DNA of 64,000 nt from Eledone cirrhosa (GCA_964016885.1 OZ024740.1:326430001-326494000); one strand, 5' to 3'; shown: positions 38,850-53,586, numbered from the stretch's first letter. Notes: generated from the sequence alone by a model not told the origin. Numbers and translations: made by a program.

Positions 38850-39856
38850 GTGACCTGGTGGTGGAACAGCACAGTGGATAGAGCCATTAAAGCCAAGAAA
38901 CAGTTATGGAAAGACTGGAAAACAAAATTGGGGTAACAGAGACCAGTACCAGGTAAATAAGAGAGTATATTTGATCAGATATTCACAGCTTGGAGAGTCT
39001 GAAAAAAGAAGTTTGTCAATGTCTTGAGATGTGAGGACCAGAGACATAAAGTGTTTTACATTGCAAAGCAGTGTGTTAGTGTAAATCAAGATGTTGTTGT
39101 GGAAAAATGTGTTAGAAATGATGCTGGTACACTTAGCATCACTGATTCTGAGAAGAAAGAGGCCTGGAAATGTTACTATAAGAGATTGATGAATGTAGAG
39201 AATGAATGGGAGCAAGAGAAACTACCCCCAACTTATCCAACAGAAGGACCAGCTATTGAAGTTGACAGATATAGGGTCAAAGAAGCAAACAAAGAGATGA
39301 AGAATGGTAAAGCTGCAGGGCCTTCAGATAGTTGCTGAGATGCTAAAAGCATTGGGAGAAGTAGGAGTCAACTAGTAACTGACATAGTCAATCAGGTAAT
39401 ACAGGAAGGAGCCATACCCAATGACTGGCACAGTAGTACAATCATAAATTGCTACAAGGGCAAAGGTGTTTGATGCTCTAGAAAGGAGCAACTACAGAGT
39501 TATAAAATTAATGGACCAAGGTATGAAAGTGACAGAAAGAGTTATAGCACAGCTAATTAGGGAAAGAATCGAATTAGACGAGATGCAGTTTGATTTCATG
39601 CTTGGGAAAAACATTACAAATGCCCTCTTCTTAGTGAGGCAACTACAGGAGAAGTTCCCATCCAAGAATAAGTCACTATATTTAACTTTTGTTGATCTAC
39701 AAAAGGCCTTTGACAGAGTACCTCAATCCATTATCTGGTCCTTAAGGAAATTAAGTGTAGAAGAATGGCTTGAGAGAGCAGTGCAAGCCATTTACAGAGG
39801 AGCTGTCAATAAAATGAGAGTAGGATGTGAGTTTAGTGAGGAATTCAAGGTACAGG
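38850..39856 (+). mobile_element. Degenerate RTE LINE fragment
   Basis: ORF pieces homologous to 14880-15880 (EAWKCYYKRLMN, FVDLQKAFDRV). Confidence 0.88.
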
Positions 39857-39879
39857 TATTGAGATTAACAGCAACAAAA

Positions 39880-40685
39880 TGAATGAGTTAATCAGCACCA
39901 AACACTGTTATATGACCAGGATGATCGCATCAATTTGATTATGTGAGCAGCCTCAATGCTTGAGTCACATTTCAATTGAATGAGTCTAATCTCGCACAAG
40001 GAATTTCCATGTGATTTATTGCAGAAACATAAAGAAGTCAATCCATTTTTGAAGAGAATGGTGACAGGGGACGAAAAATGGACCATCTTAACAATGTGAA
40101 GTATAAATCATCATGGGAGAAACATAGCGAACCACCAAAGTATGACTTCCCATGAAAAAGGTTATGCTTTGAATTTGGTGGGATTAGAAGAGTGTTGTCT
40201 TTTATGAGCTTCTTCCCACAGACAGCACCATCAATTTGGATGTATACTGTGACCAGCTGGACAAATAATGCAGTGATCCACCAGAAGCCTCCAGCACTTG
40301 CTAATCGTAAGAGCATTGTCTTTCACTATCACAATGCCAGACCACACACTTTGTTGCAGATGTGGCAGAAGTTACTGGTATTTGGTTGGGAAGTTTTGCT
40401 GCACCTTCCACATTCCCCTGACTTAGTGCCTTCAGATTTCTACCTGTTTTGGGCTCTTTAAAGTTCATTAAATAGACAAACCTTCTACAAAATTCATGTG
40501 GAAGAGTTTTTCACCAGTAAAGAGAGGGCATTCTTTAAGCAGGGGATAATGGATCTGTCCACAATATGGCAGAAGATACTGGAATGAAATGGCAACTATA
40601 TTATTGATTTAATAAATCACTTTTGTTTAAAACCTATATTTTATTTTTGCTTAAGGAACCGAATGGACTTTTTGGCCAACTCAGT
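39880..40685 (+). mobile_element. Degenerate mariner (DD34D-type) transposon remnant
   Basis: VTGDEKW, HNARPH and PHSPDLVPSDFYLF motifs; right TIR-like end ...GACTTTTTGGCCAACTCAGTA. Confidence 0.85.
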
Positions 40686-41080
40686 ATATGTAGCCAATTG
40701 CTGTTAAAGACAGTGATGGGTAAAAATGTCTCAGAGGACAGGAAGCGTGTTGGTACATGTGAACTTGTCTTGTACATCGCCTTTCTTTATTTCTTTCTCT
40801 CAGTCACTTCTATGTACCAACACACTTCTCCTTGTCCTCATCTTCTTTCAATCTTTTCTATATTTCATTTGCCTGTCACCCACCTCATGGATAATCTCTC
40901 TGTCGACCACTGACTGCTGGTCACTGTCCTCTGAGGCATTTTTGCTCATTGCTGTCTTTGACAGCATTTGGCTGTTTTAATGGCTGTTCTAGCGATGAGT
41001 TTTTTCATTTTTATATGAATTCAAATACGCGCTCGCTTCATCTCGATCAGAGACGACAATTTTTATTCACATATGCATTC

Positions 41081-41111
<31 letters not shown>

Positions 41112-41249
41112 GAGAGAGAGACAGACAGATAGCTACACGGATGTTAAAGAAATAAAGTTCAAATTGAGAAAAACATTTTCAATAAATAGGGTGCATGTGA
41201 TATTGTTTCATTATACAGAACAAAACAAACCTGAAAAAATAGGGGAGCA

Positions 41250-42610
41250 GTCAGCAAAGTTAGGATTAGCAATGAGTATAGCGAGGAATTTAGCGTACAG
41301 GTTGGTGTCCACTAGGGTTCTGTTCTTAGCCCTCTCCTGTTCATCATAGTCCTGCAGGCAATAACGGAGGAGTTTAAGACCGGATGCCCATGGGAACTCC
41401 TGTATGCTGATGACCTCGCACTTATAGCTGAATCTATGGTAGAACTACAGAAGAAATTTCAATCTTGGAAGCAGGGACTAGAAAGAAAGGGTCTCAAAGT
41501 CAACATGACAAAGGCTAAGGTCCTTGTAGGTAGAAAAGAAAACAGAATCCAGATCCCCTCAGGGAAATGGCCTTGCTCAGTATGTAGGAAAGGTGTCGGT
41601 AGGAACTCCATTCTCTGCCCCAAATGCAAACAATGGGTACACAAGAGATGTAGCGAGATCTCAGGAAGCTTAATTAACATGTAACAGCTGTGCTGGGACA
41701 GCAAGCAGCAAACAGCCACAGGAAACAAGTACCACCAATCTCTGGGAGGGCTCTGTAGAAACAGTAGACAGCTTCCGCTACCTAGGTGACCGAATTAGCA
41801 GCGGAGGTGGGTGTTCAGAAAGTACAATAACTAGGGAACTACTGCCACTGCTAGCTGCAAAAGGCTTCTCCCTCAAAATGAAAGGCAGACTAGATGATGC
41901 ATGTATCCGAACAGCAATGTTACATGGTAGTGAGACCTGGGCGCTGAAGGTGGAAGAAACGAAGCCTGCATGCTCCGATGGATGTGTAATAGTAATATAC
42001 GCGAACGACAAAGCATAAATGAATTGAGAGAGAGACTGAGCATAAGAGGAATCAAATGCTGTGTGTAGGAGAGGCGGTTGCGTTGGTATGGACATGTGAT
42101 GCGTATGAAGGATGACAGCTGCATAAAAAGGTGCAGAGCACTAGAAGTCAATGGAAACCGCAGAGTGGGGAGACCCAAGAAGACCTGGGATGAGGTGATA
42201 AAAGCCGACCTTACCCAATTACACCTCTCAAAGGCGATGACACATGACCGTGACCTCTGGCGTCACGCAGTAATACAGAGTACCTGACCTCCCATGGGTA
42301 CAAGCTGAAGCATATAGGCAATATGCCCCCACACCCTCCCACTGCAAGATGGTCGTGGAGTTGCCACGGCAAAAAAGCACCCAGTCCACACTGTAAAGTG
42401 GACGTGTAGGCGCCACGGAAAAAGCCCCCAGCACTCACTGTAAATGAGGTTGGTGTTAGGAAGGGCATCCAGCTGTAGAAATCAAGCCAAAATCAGTTCC
42501 TGTATGAGCAAAGCATGGTCTGCTGACCAGACTGCCCACAACAGGACAACCCATCTAACTCATGCTAACATGGAAGAACGGATGTAAAACGGTGATGATG
42601 ATGATGATGA
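41250..42610 (+). mobile_element. RTE LINE 3' half with PHD finger, 3'UTR and (GAT)n tail
   Basis: PWELLYADD, WPCSVCRKGVGRNSILCPKCKQWVHKRC, RWYGHVMR, GRPKKTW; tail shared with the other copies. Confidence 0.93.
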
Positions 42611-42687
42611 ATACATTAATAAAACAAAGAAAATCTTAATATGAGGAAAATTCTTAAAATAGTTGTTATTTTTAGTGACATACTTAC

Positions 42688-42795
42688 TTTAGCTGTCTCT
42701 AACACAGGCATACAGTTTGTTGCGTGCTTGCTAGTTACAAAGTTTTGTCACATGTTACAACAAAATGACACAATACAAAAGTTATTTGATTTGGC
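42688..42795 (-). other. Candidate ATMIN 5'UTR exon
   Basis: Strong donor AAA|GTAAGTATG at 42687 and a pyrimidine-rich but weak AAG acceptor at 42796, in apparently unique sequence. ATMIN coding exon 1 has an acceptor, so an upstream non-coding exon must exist. Confidence 0.3.
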
Positions 42796-43639
42796 CTTAT
42801 AATAAGCAAAAACAAACACACATTCAAACATGATTTATATAGCTAGAATAATAATAAAATAAATATTGCAGTAAAACTAAAAGACAGTTTTATAAAGGTT
42901 TTAAAAGTAATCCAGAGTAAATTTTATTTACACAAAATGAAGATATAACGAAACTAGGTTAAGTAACAATTTTTAACTTAGTTGCTTTCTTCTCTAAAGA
43001 TGAAGTATCATATTCTATGAAATCTTTGCCATAATGGTGAAGATCACTATGTGTAATACCTGGATGAGCTCTTCTCTTTCTCCACCTATCACCGACAGGG
43101 AGTTGTCAACTGACCATCATACCGCCTAATAGTAAACTATCAACTAGTACCTTTACGTTCTAAGTTCAAATCCCATTGAGGTTAGCTTTGCCTTTTATCC
43201 TCACAGGATCGATAAAATAAAGAACAGGAATGCACTGGGGGTCGATTTAATAAACTTTCCCCTTCCCCCAAATTGTTGGCTTTGTGCCTAAATCAGAAAC
43301 CATTATTATATATAATTAGAGCAATGGATTGGCAGTATTGGTAGAGCATCTGTCGGATAAAATGCTTTGTGGCATTTTGTTACGACTTTCTACATTCAGA
43401 GTTTGAATCCCACTGAAGTCCACTTTGTCTTTCATCCTTCTGGGGTTGATAAGATAAAGTACCAGGTCAATATAATTGACATTTCCCCCTCTGCCAAATC
43501 GCTGGCCTTGTGCCAATGTTAGAAAGAATTATTTTATGTTTGCTTTCCTTGCTAGCATGGGTGAGACAGGTTGTCATGGACTGAGTTGGTTCTTATTTAA
43601 GGCTACTCCCATTTGGACATACAATTTTTTGTGTGGTTT

Positions 43640-43890
43640 CTAATATGAGAACTATAGGACTAAATAATAATAATAACCTGATCAAGTATGAAGAACTGGG
43701 AATCAAAATCAACAGTATGAGAACTGAAATAACATCAGGAGTTACTGAAGCTCTGGAACTCATGTAGAACAGGATAGAAAAGTTTACTAACCACATCAGA
43801 GGAATCAGCAATGTCTACACAGCTCAGATGGTTGCCCTACTACGACCAGCTCACATACTACAAAGAGTACCGTCAATCAGGTGTTATCTT
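43640..43890 (+). mobile_element. Degenerate R4/Dong-like RLE C-terminal fragment
   Basis: KY.EL.I.I...; LQMVALL..AHILQRV resembles the R4/Dong terminus. Confidence 0.45.
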
Positions 43891-46659
43891 GTCTATAGCA
43901 CCTCAAACTTATTTATACTCAGCTTTACAGGATGTAAAAGAGGAAGCACAACAACAACAACAACAATGACAATTAAAACCTGGTTAATTTATCAATGCTA
44001 TCTCGAAAAAGGATAAGGTGACATGTTATTTTAATGAGTATTTAGTACATAAACATTTAAAAATATATACCTCCTCCATCCCCATGATTTTCAAGGAACA
44101 AGTATGTTGGAATAGTATTAATGAAAACAAATTATTCCTATAAACATAACTGATTCTTTATATTAAAGGAAAATAAAGAAAATTTAATTTCTTAATATAA
44201 TGGAATGTTAGCATTCACTTAGTTACTTGCACAGCTATGTCACTTCATTTTTATAGGAGACCTAGTCCAAATGTTTGTTCTGGCTCTCTCTCTGCTCTGA
44301 GCTAAAATCCTATCAAAGTCAACTTTGCCTTTCATCCTTTCGGGGTCTATAAATAAAGTATCAATCAAATACTAGGGCAGTCGATTTTTTTCCTCTCTCA
44401 GATTTAGGCTACAGCCAACAAAATAGTTTCTTGTTTCTGTTGAGTCAAAGACATGAAAACCCCTTTAGTGCTGGTGTCATGATAAAATGCATCTGGTACA
44501 CTCTGTAGAGCGTGGAAATGTATGTAAGCTCGATGTAATCCTTGGCCTGCCTGAGAGGTCAGTAGCTCTGATTAAATACTGCTATGGTTTGAGACGACCT
44601 GTCTAAGGAAAATAGGCATTAAATGATGATGATGAACTGTTAACCCCCTTCACCCAAATATTGTAGAGACACAGTTAAAAGTTTGCCAGAGAAGATGTAT
44701 TACCAATTGAACTCCTCTCATCATATTACTGGTTGTTATAATAGTATAAACCACCTAAAAGGAATGTCAGGTTGTTGTTTTCTGTAGGTCAGCCCTGCTC
44801 CAGCAAACCCTCAATCAAAGATGTTCTAGCTGACACAATCTCATTTCTTTTCCATTTTTAGTCACATGAATCTAGGACTTTTTAAAATCTAATATATTTT
44901 TCCTTATTTAAGAGAATGGGGAATGCTTTGAGGGAAATTTGATTGTTATTTCTAGCAAGTCAAGAGAGTGTTATGCAGTATGGGTCAACCCTGATCTGAT
45001 TGAACAGTCCTATAGCATACAGATAGTAGTAATAGTTGTGTAGCCTCAAGCCAAACCTGTTTAGGTAATTCTATGACATACAGATCAAACAAATAACAAG
45101 GTACAACCCAGTGATCTATTTTCCAAGTTATACTGTTTCTATCTAATTGAGGACCATATTGCACACTATGATATGCAGTGATGAATTGTATTGAGAATAG
45201 TGTGACAGTCTAGGTATATTGCAAATTCTCCAGTGTCCAGTTTATTTCTGTATGGCTGTAGATCCTAGTAGTGGTCAAGATAACCCCAGTCAAAGTGCAA
45301 CAACTGCAGTTCTACATTTATTGTTAGTGGTGTACATTCTAGCACAGTATTTAGGGCTATTATTATCATCACAAGACCTATGTAGGTTTGAGCCGGCCGC
45401 CTGGGGTAATGCATTTACATCCCGTCGACCGGGACTACGAGGCGAAGTGTAAGCTAGTTGGTAGTGAAGGATACACGTCCGGACGTCACTTTCACAATTG
45501 ATTATTGACTATCACATATATATTGAGTGCCTTTTTAAATCCATTTATTTCATATAATAAACTATTCTAACCTTTACCACGTAATAACCTCAAGGTAAAA
45601 TCAACTATAATAATTATAATGATAAAAAGAGATGTAATTGTGTAACCATATCTGGAGAGTAGTGTGAAGATGTGTGTGTGTGTGTATGTGATGTCATCTG
45701 CATGTGAGGCTGTCTATATATTTCAGAATTGTTATAATTTTGGCCAGTTTACGGATTTGGATAATTTGATAGTATTGGTACTAGTAGTTGTGGTTGTTAG
45801 GTATATATTTGTATTATGAGTGCTATTTGAACACATAACTAAAAACTAAGAATGACAACACGAGGTGCATGATTCAATATCTTGAAGGGGATTCGATTAA
45901 ACCAATTTAAAGAAATTAAAAGCAGAATTAGCAGCTGCCGATCAATTACTTTGCGATTTAAAATAGGTACTTATAATGAACGACTGTCACTAACTAGATT
46001 TTCATTTTCTTCGTTTAAATAAAACACGTAACGGCGGATTTATGTAACTTTAACAAATGAAACCAGAGAAATAATTTCCCCCCATAATAATTACAAGATC
46101 GACTAGATACAGACGGACTAGTTTAGTTAACGCTATTTCATTCGCGGTTATTTGGTGGTCTGCGTTCAAATCACAATTTGACATGGCATATTATCAATAG
46201 GCTTCAGAAGTAATTCAATCGAATATATTTCCTCTCTCACAAAACCTACATCGTGTTTTAAAATTAATTTCAAAAATTCGTTTCACAAGCAGTCAGGTTT
46301 TGGGTTGTCACATTCTTTTACTGACTTGTAATGTAATTCTATCTCCATATTTCCTTCTTTTCATTTGCAAAGGGCGGAATTTAATTTAATTACATAATCT
46401 TCAAAGAAATTGCATCTACATCATTTGCTCTTTAAAGCATTATTCACAAATCAACAAAACATTATTTCTATGTTACAGTTTGTTATAGAACGATTTTCAT
46501 TTTTTACGAGGGGAGGTGGGGTGCTATTTGATCTTATGATGAAAGTCACTATACGTAATTATTATTACTATGATATTATCAAAAAGATAAAGTTTTAATG
46601 AATTTAACCGTCACTAAAGTTGAATTCATAATATCGTGGAGTAAAAAACAGAATTAAAG

Positions 46660-46960
46660 GTAGTATTTACCATCTGCGATATTTGTGACCATGGCTATGA
46701 TGCTGGGTCGTAGTTAACGTTAAACAATTTGTAGAGAACGATGTTATTTGCCGACTAAGGTAAAATTAATTTTAAAAGAATACATTTAGTATATTTACCT
46801 TGCCTGAGCCATATGATGACAGTTGGTTTGAAATACTCGGAAAATACCAGCAAAGCTGAACATTTAACCGAATATTTTTGAGAGGTAGTTGACATATCAG
46901 CATAAAATCCAATGTTTACCGGCGTTGATGAAATATGTACACCGGAAATGATGATAGTTA
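46660..46960 (-). promoter_or_regulatory. Candidate ATMIN promoter / first non-coding exon
   Basis: Unique sequence with locally more CpG; ETS-like ACCGGAAATG at 46941-46950; minus-strand donors CAAG|GTAAAT (46798) and GATG|GTAAAT (~46670). Confidence 0.35.
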
Positions 46961-47714
46961 TTTCCCTTAGGCTATATTATTTAAATTATTAAAAAATAAA
47001 ATTTAACTCCTCTTATTACAATTTGACAATTTCCACTTACACAAACTGACTAATTATTATTTTTCCTAATTTTACAACCAAAATCACGAAAGTATCATGT
47101 TATCTGTAGATAATAAAATGTAAAGATAGCTCTAGCTATCTATAAATTTCGAACTTTAATGCTGAAAAAATTTACTGCCAAAATTCCAGTAATATCGATT
47201 TTAACGAATTTATAATTAATAAATTTGTCGATTATTTTTATATTTTATTTTATTTTGTAATGCAATACTGCAAAATGAAATCACTTACATTTATTCTAAG
47301 AGGACAATGATGCAAAGAAAATTATTAATTTTCACACTGATTATAAAGAAGTTATTTATATTTACTAATGGTAAATGTTATAGCTGATTATATTATATAT
47401 ATTATAAGCGATAAATATTTCATTTACATATGAACACAAGTTATCCAAAAAGAAAAATGGGAGAAGGCATGCACACTCAATTACTCGCTCAATAAGGGGT
47501 GTCAGAATTTGCCTCAACATTTTTTAGGCAAGCCAACACACTACCCTTCTAATAATTAAGCTGCTCTTATAATGTAACAGTAGGTAAATAAATTAAAATG
47601 TATAAATATAGGTATCCCGATTATATATATCACTGTAGACTGTGGACAAAAACCATTAATCTGGATACCTAAATATGGAATGTTACGCGACCCCCCCCCC
47701 CCCCCCCTCCCCCA

Positions 47715-48630
47715 ACCCTGGCGGACAGGATGGAGAAGGCGTTCCCACGGAGGACGGCAAGGGAGACGCGCTGGAAAAGCCACTCCAACTCGCGGGGTTC
47801 ACACCTGCGACTGGTCAGCTCAGCGCCTATGGTGGTGAGTAGGGAGGTAGCCCTAGGGCCGAGGATACCAGAAGTCTCCACTGCCAAGGGTACAACCGCA
47901 AACCTGTCGGAGAGCGACCGGTATTTGAGGAGCTTGGCCTCCTCAGCCCGACGTGTAGCAGAACCTGGGTTAGTCGCAGACTGCACCAGGTTGCGGCTGC
48001 AGAAAGTGTCGGTGCAAGTAGCATCCCAGACGAGGGGTTTGCCACCGCGGAACGGGAAGATGGTCATGCAATCTGGCCTTTTGCCGTCCCCTCGGTCTAG
48101 CCCCACCGGCTCACGCTGGGAAAGGAAGCCCGCAGCGTCCAAGCCATGCTTTATGACCTCGTTGAGGGCACCATGGCGTGGAATGCGGCCGGCACTGTGC
48201 CGACAGGAAAGCGGGTGGAGGTCGAAAGAGTCCACGGTTGAACAGCAGCGACATTGGTGTGGCTCGCAGATCCGGAGGAAACGCCGATGCGCAGGCTATT
48301 GTTGTCTAGCTGCGTGCCAGTGGGGAAGGAGCGCAGGGCATGGAGCCAGGCGTCACTGTGGGGTTTGGAGGCCGCACGAAAGCAGGCAAGGCGGTGCGGT
48401 CGAGCTGGTGGGTGAGCCTGTCCGAGGCCAGGTTGCACTGGATGGCATTCCAAGTACTTTTGGGGTACCTGACGTCAACAGGGGGAGGAGGAGGGACGTC
48501 TACTGGGCTAAGTCTCAGCTGATCCCATGTCTCACAGGCGGCCACACGTTCTCTGAACACAGAGGGTTCTATTGTTTTGAAGAACCCTGCTGACGAGGAC
48601 GTGGCACGACTGACCACAGCTAATATCTTC
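47715..48630 (-). mobile_element. CRE-like non-LTR retrotransposon 3' fragment (zinc knuckle + restriction-like endonuclease)
   Basis: AWLHAL...LDNNSLRI, H..SC, RH..LN, DGKRPD, LVWDATC.DT, AEEAK..KY, PLAVETSG..G, LFQRVSLAVLRGNA.SIL; markedly GC-rich; frameshifted. Confidence 0.85.
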
Positions 48631-48637
48631 CACAGAG

Positions 48638-48668
<31 letters not shown>

Positions 48669-50660
48669 AGAACCCATTCCAGTACTTGGATTTGGTACTC
48701 TAACAATTTGTTTTATCACCCCTATAGTGATGAAAATTAAAGTTGCCATATATGGATTTCAGCCCTAAATAAAGTGGGATGAAACTTATTGATGTATTTA
48801 GACTTTTATATGATTATTTCTATCAACTCATCACCTTTATTGTTAAGAACTATTGATGTCACTTTGACTAGGTACACAGAAAACGTGCTGCTATGGGATG
48901 CACATCTGATTCGGAAGATAATTAGGTTAGATGAGATGCAGTTTGGATTTATATAAGGTCGCGGTACTATTGATGCCCTCTCAATCATCATCATCATCAC
49001 CATCAACAACGACAATAGAAGCAGCAGCAGCACCATCATCATCGTCATCGCAGCGTTACCCACCCCCGACTATTGCTGTTACTCACTTTAAGCTGAGTGT
49101 ACTGGAGCAACGTGAAATAAAATGTTTTGCTCAAGAATACAACAAATAACCCAGGAATCGAACTCACAATATTATGATCGTAAGTCCAACATCCTTACCA
49201 GTAGGCCAAGCGTATACATACATACTCATCATTTTACGTCCGTTTTCGATCATTGGTTTGATTGGATAGGTCTCCACGGTTTAAGTGCCTTTCTAATTTC
49301 GTTTTTTCAATGTAAGATATTCTCAATAAAATTTGATATTCTACTTGTTGCATAGGTACTATAGCTATGTCGGATTTTGCATTTTAAAAGTACTTCTGAA
49401 TAATTACTACTTTAATATATCCTTTCTCTATAAATATGATTTTTAATAATTGTATGTGGCAAGAAATTTAAGATAAGGGGGTGAGTTCGAATTCGAGAAA
49501 GTATGTTACTAGTAGTCATTTTATTTAAACAAAAATACAATGAAAATTACGATGAGTAAAGCTTCTAAATAGGATTGTCATTGATCACCTGCTGTTGTTA
49601 CGTAATTTATTGGAGATATTATTGGGTTATCTTCCCTTGAACGGTGTCAGGCAAATATTCCCCTTGTTGTCGTTGTATCTGTTTTAAGAAAACAACAGAC
49701 CTGACTTCAGAAACATTTATCGCTATTTATATAACAAAAGAAATGTCCAGTTTCGTATAAATTTTCTTTTAAGTGTATCTGCTATGTTATAATGTCGAAA
49801 TATATCGTGACATTTTCAACCTCCATATCGATGTAAGTTATGAAGTTTTTTCGTGCCAACATTTAATTAATTTTTGCTGTTTATTACCAGTCACCAGCTT
49901 TTAAAAATATAGTTACTATACTTCATTGTTTTCTTTCTCAGTTGTTTTTTTTTTTGTTTTAATTTAATTTTATATCGTATAGCTTCATTCAATTTATAAT
50001 AACACCATTTTCTATTTCAATCCATATTTAAATATGTTTAAATATATATTCGTTTACGTTTCTGCTAAAAGTATTTACTATTTTAACATTTGTTTTAAAA
50101 TTTATACTTTTATTAAAAAATGACTTGCAGGTTAAAAGTATGAAAACATAAAAATACATTCACTTTGTGGTTGCACTTATCTGTATCCGTTTATAGATAA
50201 CATATTATAAATTATTCTTTGTCAATTCCCATCTTTATTAACATTTTTCGAAAATTGTTATTGAGTTTCGATCAATGCACAGATGTCTTTAGCAGAGTTT
50301 AGATTTCATAAAGTTGACTGAAATCAACAGCTCTTTGTCACATATACAAAAACACACTCGTAAATTATATATAATCTTGTTTTAGTCAGTAGACTGTGGT
50401 CATGCTGGGGCACCGCCTTCAATGTGTCGACCATGCCGCCCTTAGTACCTATTTTTCAAGTCTAGTGCTTATGTTATCGATCTATTTTTTGCCAAATCTC
50501 TAAATTACGGGACATGAACACAGACGGACACACACTCATGCATACACATAAAAATAACGGGTTTCAGCAGTTTCCGTCTGCCAAATTACACTCACAAGGC
50601 ATTGGTCAACCTGAGGCTATTTTCAAGTTTCAAATTTCCCCAAATGCTTTTTAAGTCAAC

Positions 50661-50704
<44 letters not shown>

Positions 50705-52064
50705 TACATGCTCCACTTGCAATAGGTCTTGTGGATCAAGGCTCGGTTTCACTAGCCCTAAATATCTCTGTTAATTGAGTGGACATCGTTATCGGATTTC
50801 GCATATTGTTTACATTATTCTTGTATATGTTCATTGTTTCAGATTCTTAAACTAGATTTCTCGATATGTCTCTTATGATCTCTTCACATAACTCAGAATA
50901 CAACAATAGATTTCTCCGAACAAAGTTTTATTTATCAACGTCGAAGTTGTTTACTTCATATCCTATTTACTCACCAAAAGCAAAGCATGCCATATTTTGT
51001 TTTTCTCACTCGAACTTGAATATAAACAGGGTTTAAATCGTCAATAGATTGAATAGTTAAAACCCACCAAGTGAATCAATGTAGAAAAATCTTTAGTCTG
51101 CGTCCAATAACTAACTTTATTTGATTTTTAATGTGACAGCTGTTTTACTTCTCAGTCAGGAATGTTTACAATTCCCCCATGGTTTAACATTGAGCAGACG
51201 CTCCCTCCCTCTAAAGAACGACCGCTTAATGCCTAGTAGAAAGCGTTTATATTTAAGAGTCAGTCGACGATTAACTCCGTTGCTACCTAGTTTCACATCC
51301 CGTACCTTCAATCAAGCAAATTCGATATATTTAAATTTCGGAGTAATACTTGTGCGGTAAGTGACTTGATCTGAGATCCATTGTGTTGCATCGTGGTAGA
51401 GTCATGGTAGTAATCTAAAATCAAACATACACACTACTTTATTCACTATTGTTTTTCTTTTGTATACTATTAACCCCCCCTCCCACCCCAGCAAAACAAC
51501 GTAATGAAACAGTACCAGTGTGTGCATCCTAGATATGTTACGGTGAATTGTTTAATACTATTACAAAAGTGCATATGTCTGTTTTAAAAAGTCTGTCCTT
51601 TTACCGTTTAGTCGAGGAGGGAACGGCAGCTTTCGTTTTTGGGCCTTCGACTGGATATTCTCAAACTGGATAACTGGCCTGAATGTTTACAACAGAATTA
51701 ACTATTCTAAAGGTACCCAGGAACCAGCTAGGGGTGTTAAACTAGGTAATAGATTGTCAACCACCCAAGAACTTAGAATGCCAAGAGTAACACATCACTT
51801 CTGATGTTTTAACAATTCCATTAATGTACCACCCTAGACTGGTATTGTATGTTATCAACTCTAAAAGGATGACGAGCAAAGTTGATCTTGATGGGATTAG
51901 TATTCAGTGTCAAATATCAACAAATACCATAAGACATTTTGTCCTAAGCTCTAATGAAGTCACTGCCATTTTTCTACTTATGAAATAATTTTTTACACTC
52001 TACCCACCAGTATTGAGCATTCATTTAGATAATGTTTAGATGTTTTAAATATGTACTCTAATTT

Positions 52065-52349
52065 TATATATATATATTTGTATATATTATATATATGTGT
52101 GTGTGTGTGTTTGTATGTGTGTGTGTGTTTGTATATATATATATGTGTGTTTGTATATATATATGTGTGTGTGTGTTTGTATATATATATATGTGTGTGT
52201 GTTTGTATATATATATATATGTGTGTGTTTGTGTGTGTATATATGTGTGTGTGTGTGTGTATATATGTGTGTGTGTGTGTGTATATATATGTGTGTGTGT
52301 GTATATATATATGTGTGTGTTTGTATATATATGTGTGTGTGCGCGTTTG

Positions 52350-52381
<32 letters not shown>

Positions 52382-52403
52382 TATATATATATGGGTGTGT
52401 GTA
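52065..52403. repeat. Compound (TA)n/(TG)n microsatellite
   Basis: Seen directly. Other tracts at 12919-12948, 17174-17223, 19752-19843, 24920-25165, 38242-38281 and 50666-50701. Confidence 0.97.
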
Positions 52404-52404
52404 T

Positions 52405-53040
52405 ATGCCTTGGTCTGATGTTCATTTCAGTAGGTTACCACTGGAGAAAGTTTCTCTGCAGGTTGCATCTAAGATAATGAGGAGTTTGTCACCACAAAAT
52501 TGCAATGTTTTTTGGTCTTTTGATGTTTCCTCAGTCTAACCTTGTGGATTCAGCTGAGATGGGAAGCCAGCTGTGTTAAAGCCATGTTTAATGATCTCAT
52601 TGAGATGGCATGACAGCAAGTGGAGTCTTGAAAGCATCTATCATGGACCCGTAATAACATTTGTGTTGTTTGCAGATTCCGACCCTGAAAAAGGGAATGT
52701 CAATATGGTGACAGTTACTCTCCTTTGTGAGGCTAGGTCGTAGAGTTGAAACATGCCAATCAGCGCTGGTCAAGCAGGTATGCAAGGCTGTTCGAGGCTT
52801 TGTTACACTAGATAGCACCCAACTTGTGTTGGGCAGATGGAATGTTTGCAGGATGAAGGCCAAGTCAGGTGCCTGTTATGTAGGTAGCCTCGTATGCCCT
52901 GAACCTAGTTGGTTGAACAGTATTTGTGGAGAGCCTTGTCAGAAAGCCAGTTAGGAAAGAAATTCTGGCAATGCCAATGTAATGAGGGACCAAAGGCTAA
53001 GCTCCATGTCTAGCAGTTTATGACCTTAGGCAGCAAATTG
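52405..53040 (-). mobile_element. Older, degenerate CRE-like fragment
   Basis: The reverse strand retains degenerate equivalents of the 'WLHAL', 'RH..LN..IKHG...AGFPSQL' and 'LVWDATC.DT' segments seen at 47715-48630. Confidence 0.6.
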
Positions 53041-53586
53041 GCTGTTGGATAGAATGTTTTGCTGTATTCATTCTGACTCTATTCTGAGGTCAACTTTGCC
53101 TTTCATTCTTTCCAGGTTGATAAAAAAACAAAAGTACCAGTCCAGTATTGGGGCCGACTCTTCCTCTGTATCTCTTTCTCACTTTCTGTCACTCTTAATC
53201 CTTCTCTGGAAGAAACCTGCTGTGTTCAGAACTGGGGAAGGATGAGCTCTACCAGGCTTAAAATGCCCAAGAAATGCTGTAAGCCATTTTGGCGACCCTA
53301 TGACTCCATCAGGAGTTACAGGACTATCATATTACATATCACATTTATGACTTTAGATTTAATTCTGACGCTAATCCTCAACAGAGAAGACTACTATGGC
53401 AAATAGTATCAATATGTCTGCCTCTAGTCATATTATCCAAGTACCAATCATTGAATGATGGTATGCTTGATATTGTTAAAACCAAGTGCAAAGAGGGGAG
53501 GGTTTAGGTGATCGCTCTGTTGGATGCTGGTGGAGGATGAAATATTGGAGGCAAAGGGCATTCTTGGTGACAATGTACTGTTGTAA

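Noticed and set aside
38850-42610. A single LINE split by the mariner insertion
   Set aside because: The two parts overlap by ~45 nt of homologous RT sequence and differ in sequence and decay, so they are more likely two independent copies.
52051-52539. Cys/Val/Tyr/Ile- or His/Thr-rich ORFs (also 24420-25166 and 23128-23400)
   Set aside because: They are translations of (TA)n/(TG)n microsatellites.
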